Positions 62,715 to 64,000 of a stretch of DNA of 64,000 nt are shown piece after piece. The notes beneath the pieces were generated by a model. It was not told the DNA's origin, made no database searches, and worked only from the letters and a program-made list of their open reading frames with translations. Numbering within the stretch: position 1 is the first letter of the stretch; each line of letters opens with the position of its first letter. The stretch lies in IMG/VR virus record IMGVR_UViG_3300044712_000123; one strand, written 5' to 3'. This stretch comes from a virus (taxonomy: Duplodnaviria > Heunggongvirae > Uroviricota > Caudoviricetes). The translations under genes were made by a program, and so were the position numbers.

Positions 62715-63034
62715 TATACTCTGAAACTTTCTCCACAACCACATCTATCACGTTCGTTGGGATTTCTAAACTCAAATCCCTCATTCAGTCCGTTACGTAC
62801 ATAGTCAATTGTCATGTTCTGTATATATGCACAGCTTTTAGGATCCACAAATAAACTACACCCTTCGCAGTCTATTTTTATATCTTCGGGGAAGGGTTGG
62901 TCAACGTACTCAAGTACATAGGCTAAACCAGAACAGCCTGTCGTCTTGACGCCTATTCTGATTCCTATGCCTTTGCCTCGCTTGGCGAGTGTTTGTTGTA
63001 CTTTTTTGCTTGCTTTGTCAGTAAGAGTTATCAT
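62714..63034 (-). CDS. iscA: Fe-S cluster assembly accessory protein IscA
   Basis: GVKTTGCSGLAY, FVDPKS, NPNERDRCGCGESFRV. Confidence 0.95.
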   Translation of the reverse strand: MITLTDKASKKVQQTLAKRGKGIGIRIGVKTTGCSGLAYVLEYVDQPFPEDIKIDCEGCSLFVDPKSCAYIQNMTIDYVRNGLNEGFEFRNPNERDRCGCGESFRV

Positions 63035-63363
63035 TACTTCATTGCTGATTTAGCCATTTGATTGACGATTTCTTGACTTTTTGTTTCGTCATTAGATGTG
63101 TTAGACATCTCTTGTTGGCCTTTAAAGATAACACTATCACCTTGGATGTTAGTGATAATGTTATTGAGTGGGGGAGTTTTGACCAAATCAAACAAATTAG
63201 ATTTGTCTAATATGATTCCGCTGTCATCCAAATATTGAATAAGCTCGTCGGTAGTCCAATCAGACTTTTCTTTGCCACTCTCGATGTTGCTTTTCAACTG
63301 ACCGAGAACAGCAATAAGTCTGATGGTTAGAGGATCAGGACCAGCTAGTTCGTATAGAAACAT
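63034..63363 (-). CDS. Hypothetical protein
   Basis: Starts MFLYE; 109 aa; TAATG coupling to iscA. Confidence 0.65.
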   Translation of the reverse strand: MFLYELAGPDPLTIRLIAVLGQLKSNIESGKEKSDWTTDELIQYLDDSGIILDKSNLFDLVKTPPLNNIITNIQGDSVIFKGQQEMSNTSNDETKSQEIVNQMAKSAMK

Positions 63364-63368
63364 TGAGA

Positions 63369-64000
63369 TTATCTCTTTGCTCTACCAACTCCGCCGACTG
63401 GCTCGATTTCTGGTTCTTCTACGGGACCAAGATCAGCACCCATGTCATCCATACCAGCATCAATATCGTCCATGCCTGCGTCTAAATCATCCATACCAGC
63501 ATCAATGTCACCTTCAGCGCCTAGATCATCTGTACCAAATGCTTCTGCACCCATGTCACCTTGACCAGTCAATGAGTTAACTGCTGACTTCAAGCCAGCT
63601 TGTACTTCTGACAATGTAGATGCTAGAGTAGACAATTGTTGAGTAACTTGGTCATTGAATGCTTGGCTTTCAGATACGCCAATTTCGGATTCAATACTTG
63701 TTACAAGAGCAGGAAGTTCTTTAACTTGCATCTGACCAACTTCTTCTAACATCTTCTGTACAGAATCAGAAAGGTCTTGAGCAGCCAAGTAAACTTGTGA
63801 CTTCTCGATTTCTTCGTTCTCAACAACGATACGTGCTTTAGGACGTGCGCTTAGTTCAGCAAAGTGTGCCGACAATGCTTGTTCCATGAATACCATCTTC
63901 ATATAAGAAGGGCTTGTTTGCTCTCTATAGAAGTTAGGTGATTGCTTAGACTCGCTCATCAATCCACGTACTTTACGTAGCATGGCTTTAGTAGCGTCCA
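63369..64000 (-). CDS. Partial gene (5' end beyond right edge); acidic coiled-coil, possible prohead scaffolding/core protein
   Basis: Frame is open from 63983 to the window edge; helical EKSQVYLAAQDL..EEVGQMQVKEL, then an acidic D/G/M repeat tail ending GRAKR. Confidence 0.55.
   Translation of the reverse strand, partial: DATKAMLRKVRGLMSESKQSPNFYREQTSPSYMKMVFMEQALSAHFAELSARPKARIVVENEEIEKSQVYLAAQDLSDSVQKMLEEVGQMQVKELPALVTSIESEIGVSESQAFNDQVTQQLSTLASTLSEVQAGLKSAVNSLTGQGDMGAEAFGTDDLGAEGDIDAGMDDLDAGMDDIDAGMDDMGADLGPVEEPEIEPVGGVGRAKR

Noticed and set aside
18100-62744. Upstream-extended starts given by the ORF track (18144, 19625, 20885, 46672, 46850, 52218, 57250, 62403, 62744; also 9105)
   Set aside because: The extensions overlap upstream genes and lack RBSs; downstream ATG/TTG codons have an SD, late promoter or translational coupling and match family N-termini.
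1-64000. Stop-codon reassignment (alternative genetic code)
   Set aside because: Long conserved genes (sheath, ClpA, fibres) are uninterrupted in the standard code, and TAA, TAG and TGA all terminate genes at expected positions.
1-64000. tRNA or rRNA genes
   Set aside because: No cloverleaf with T-loop GTTCRA plus acceptor stem was recognised; the GTTCGA at ~46313 lacks the rest of a tRNA.

Overview
This is a 64-kb segment of a large lytic dsDNA myovirus (Caudoviricetes, T4-like morphogenesis genes) that is AT-rich, uses the standard genetic code and is transcribed mostly from the minus strand. The host is probably a Betaproteobacterium, inferred from a Bug/TctC solute-binding protein and proteobacterial-type IscU/IscA. 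The window holds tail sheath and tube, baseplate, neck (gp13/14/15-like), head-completion gp4 and two Asn/Gly-rich fibre genes. It also holds two GH19 lysozymes, a 3TM holin, a clamp loader, a dNMP kinase and an exonuclease. Host-derived or auxiliary genes include ClpA, DnaJ, GroES, PhoH, Dps, IscA/IscU, MazG, PTH2-like, Nudix, sugar-modifying enzymes, three nucleotidyltransferase-type proteins and a DnaE fragment. No tRNA, rRNA or CRISPR array was recognised. Four observations stand out. (1) A block of putative internal head proteins has T4-CTS-like N-termini (e.g. MRANEFITE), one being a modular polyprotein punctuated by QGVAE repeats. In two of them a complete Tat signal peptide (RRGFL + hydrophobic helix) lies internally, right after a predicted prohead-protease site; one is fused to a lysozyme. 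(2) A ~345-nt ORF-free, multi-helix candidate ncRNA lies at 45965-46309. (3) TAAATA late promoters are repeatedly embedded in hairpins that sequester the RBS or start codon. (4) A DnaE fragment stops just before its catalytic aspartates. All product calls come from motif recognition by eye; no database search was run.
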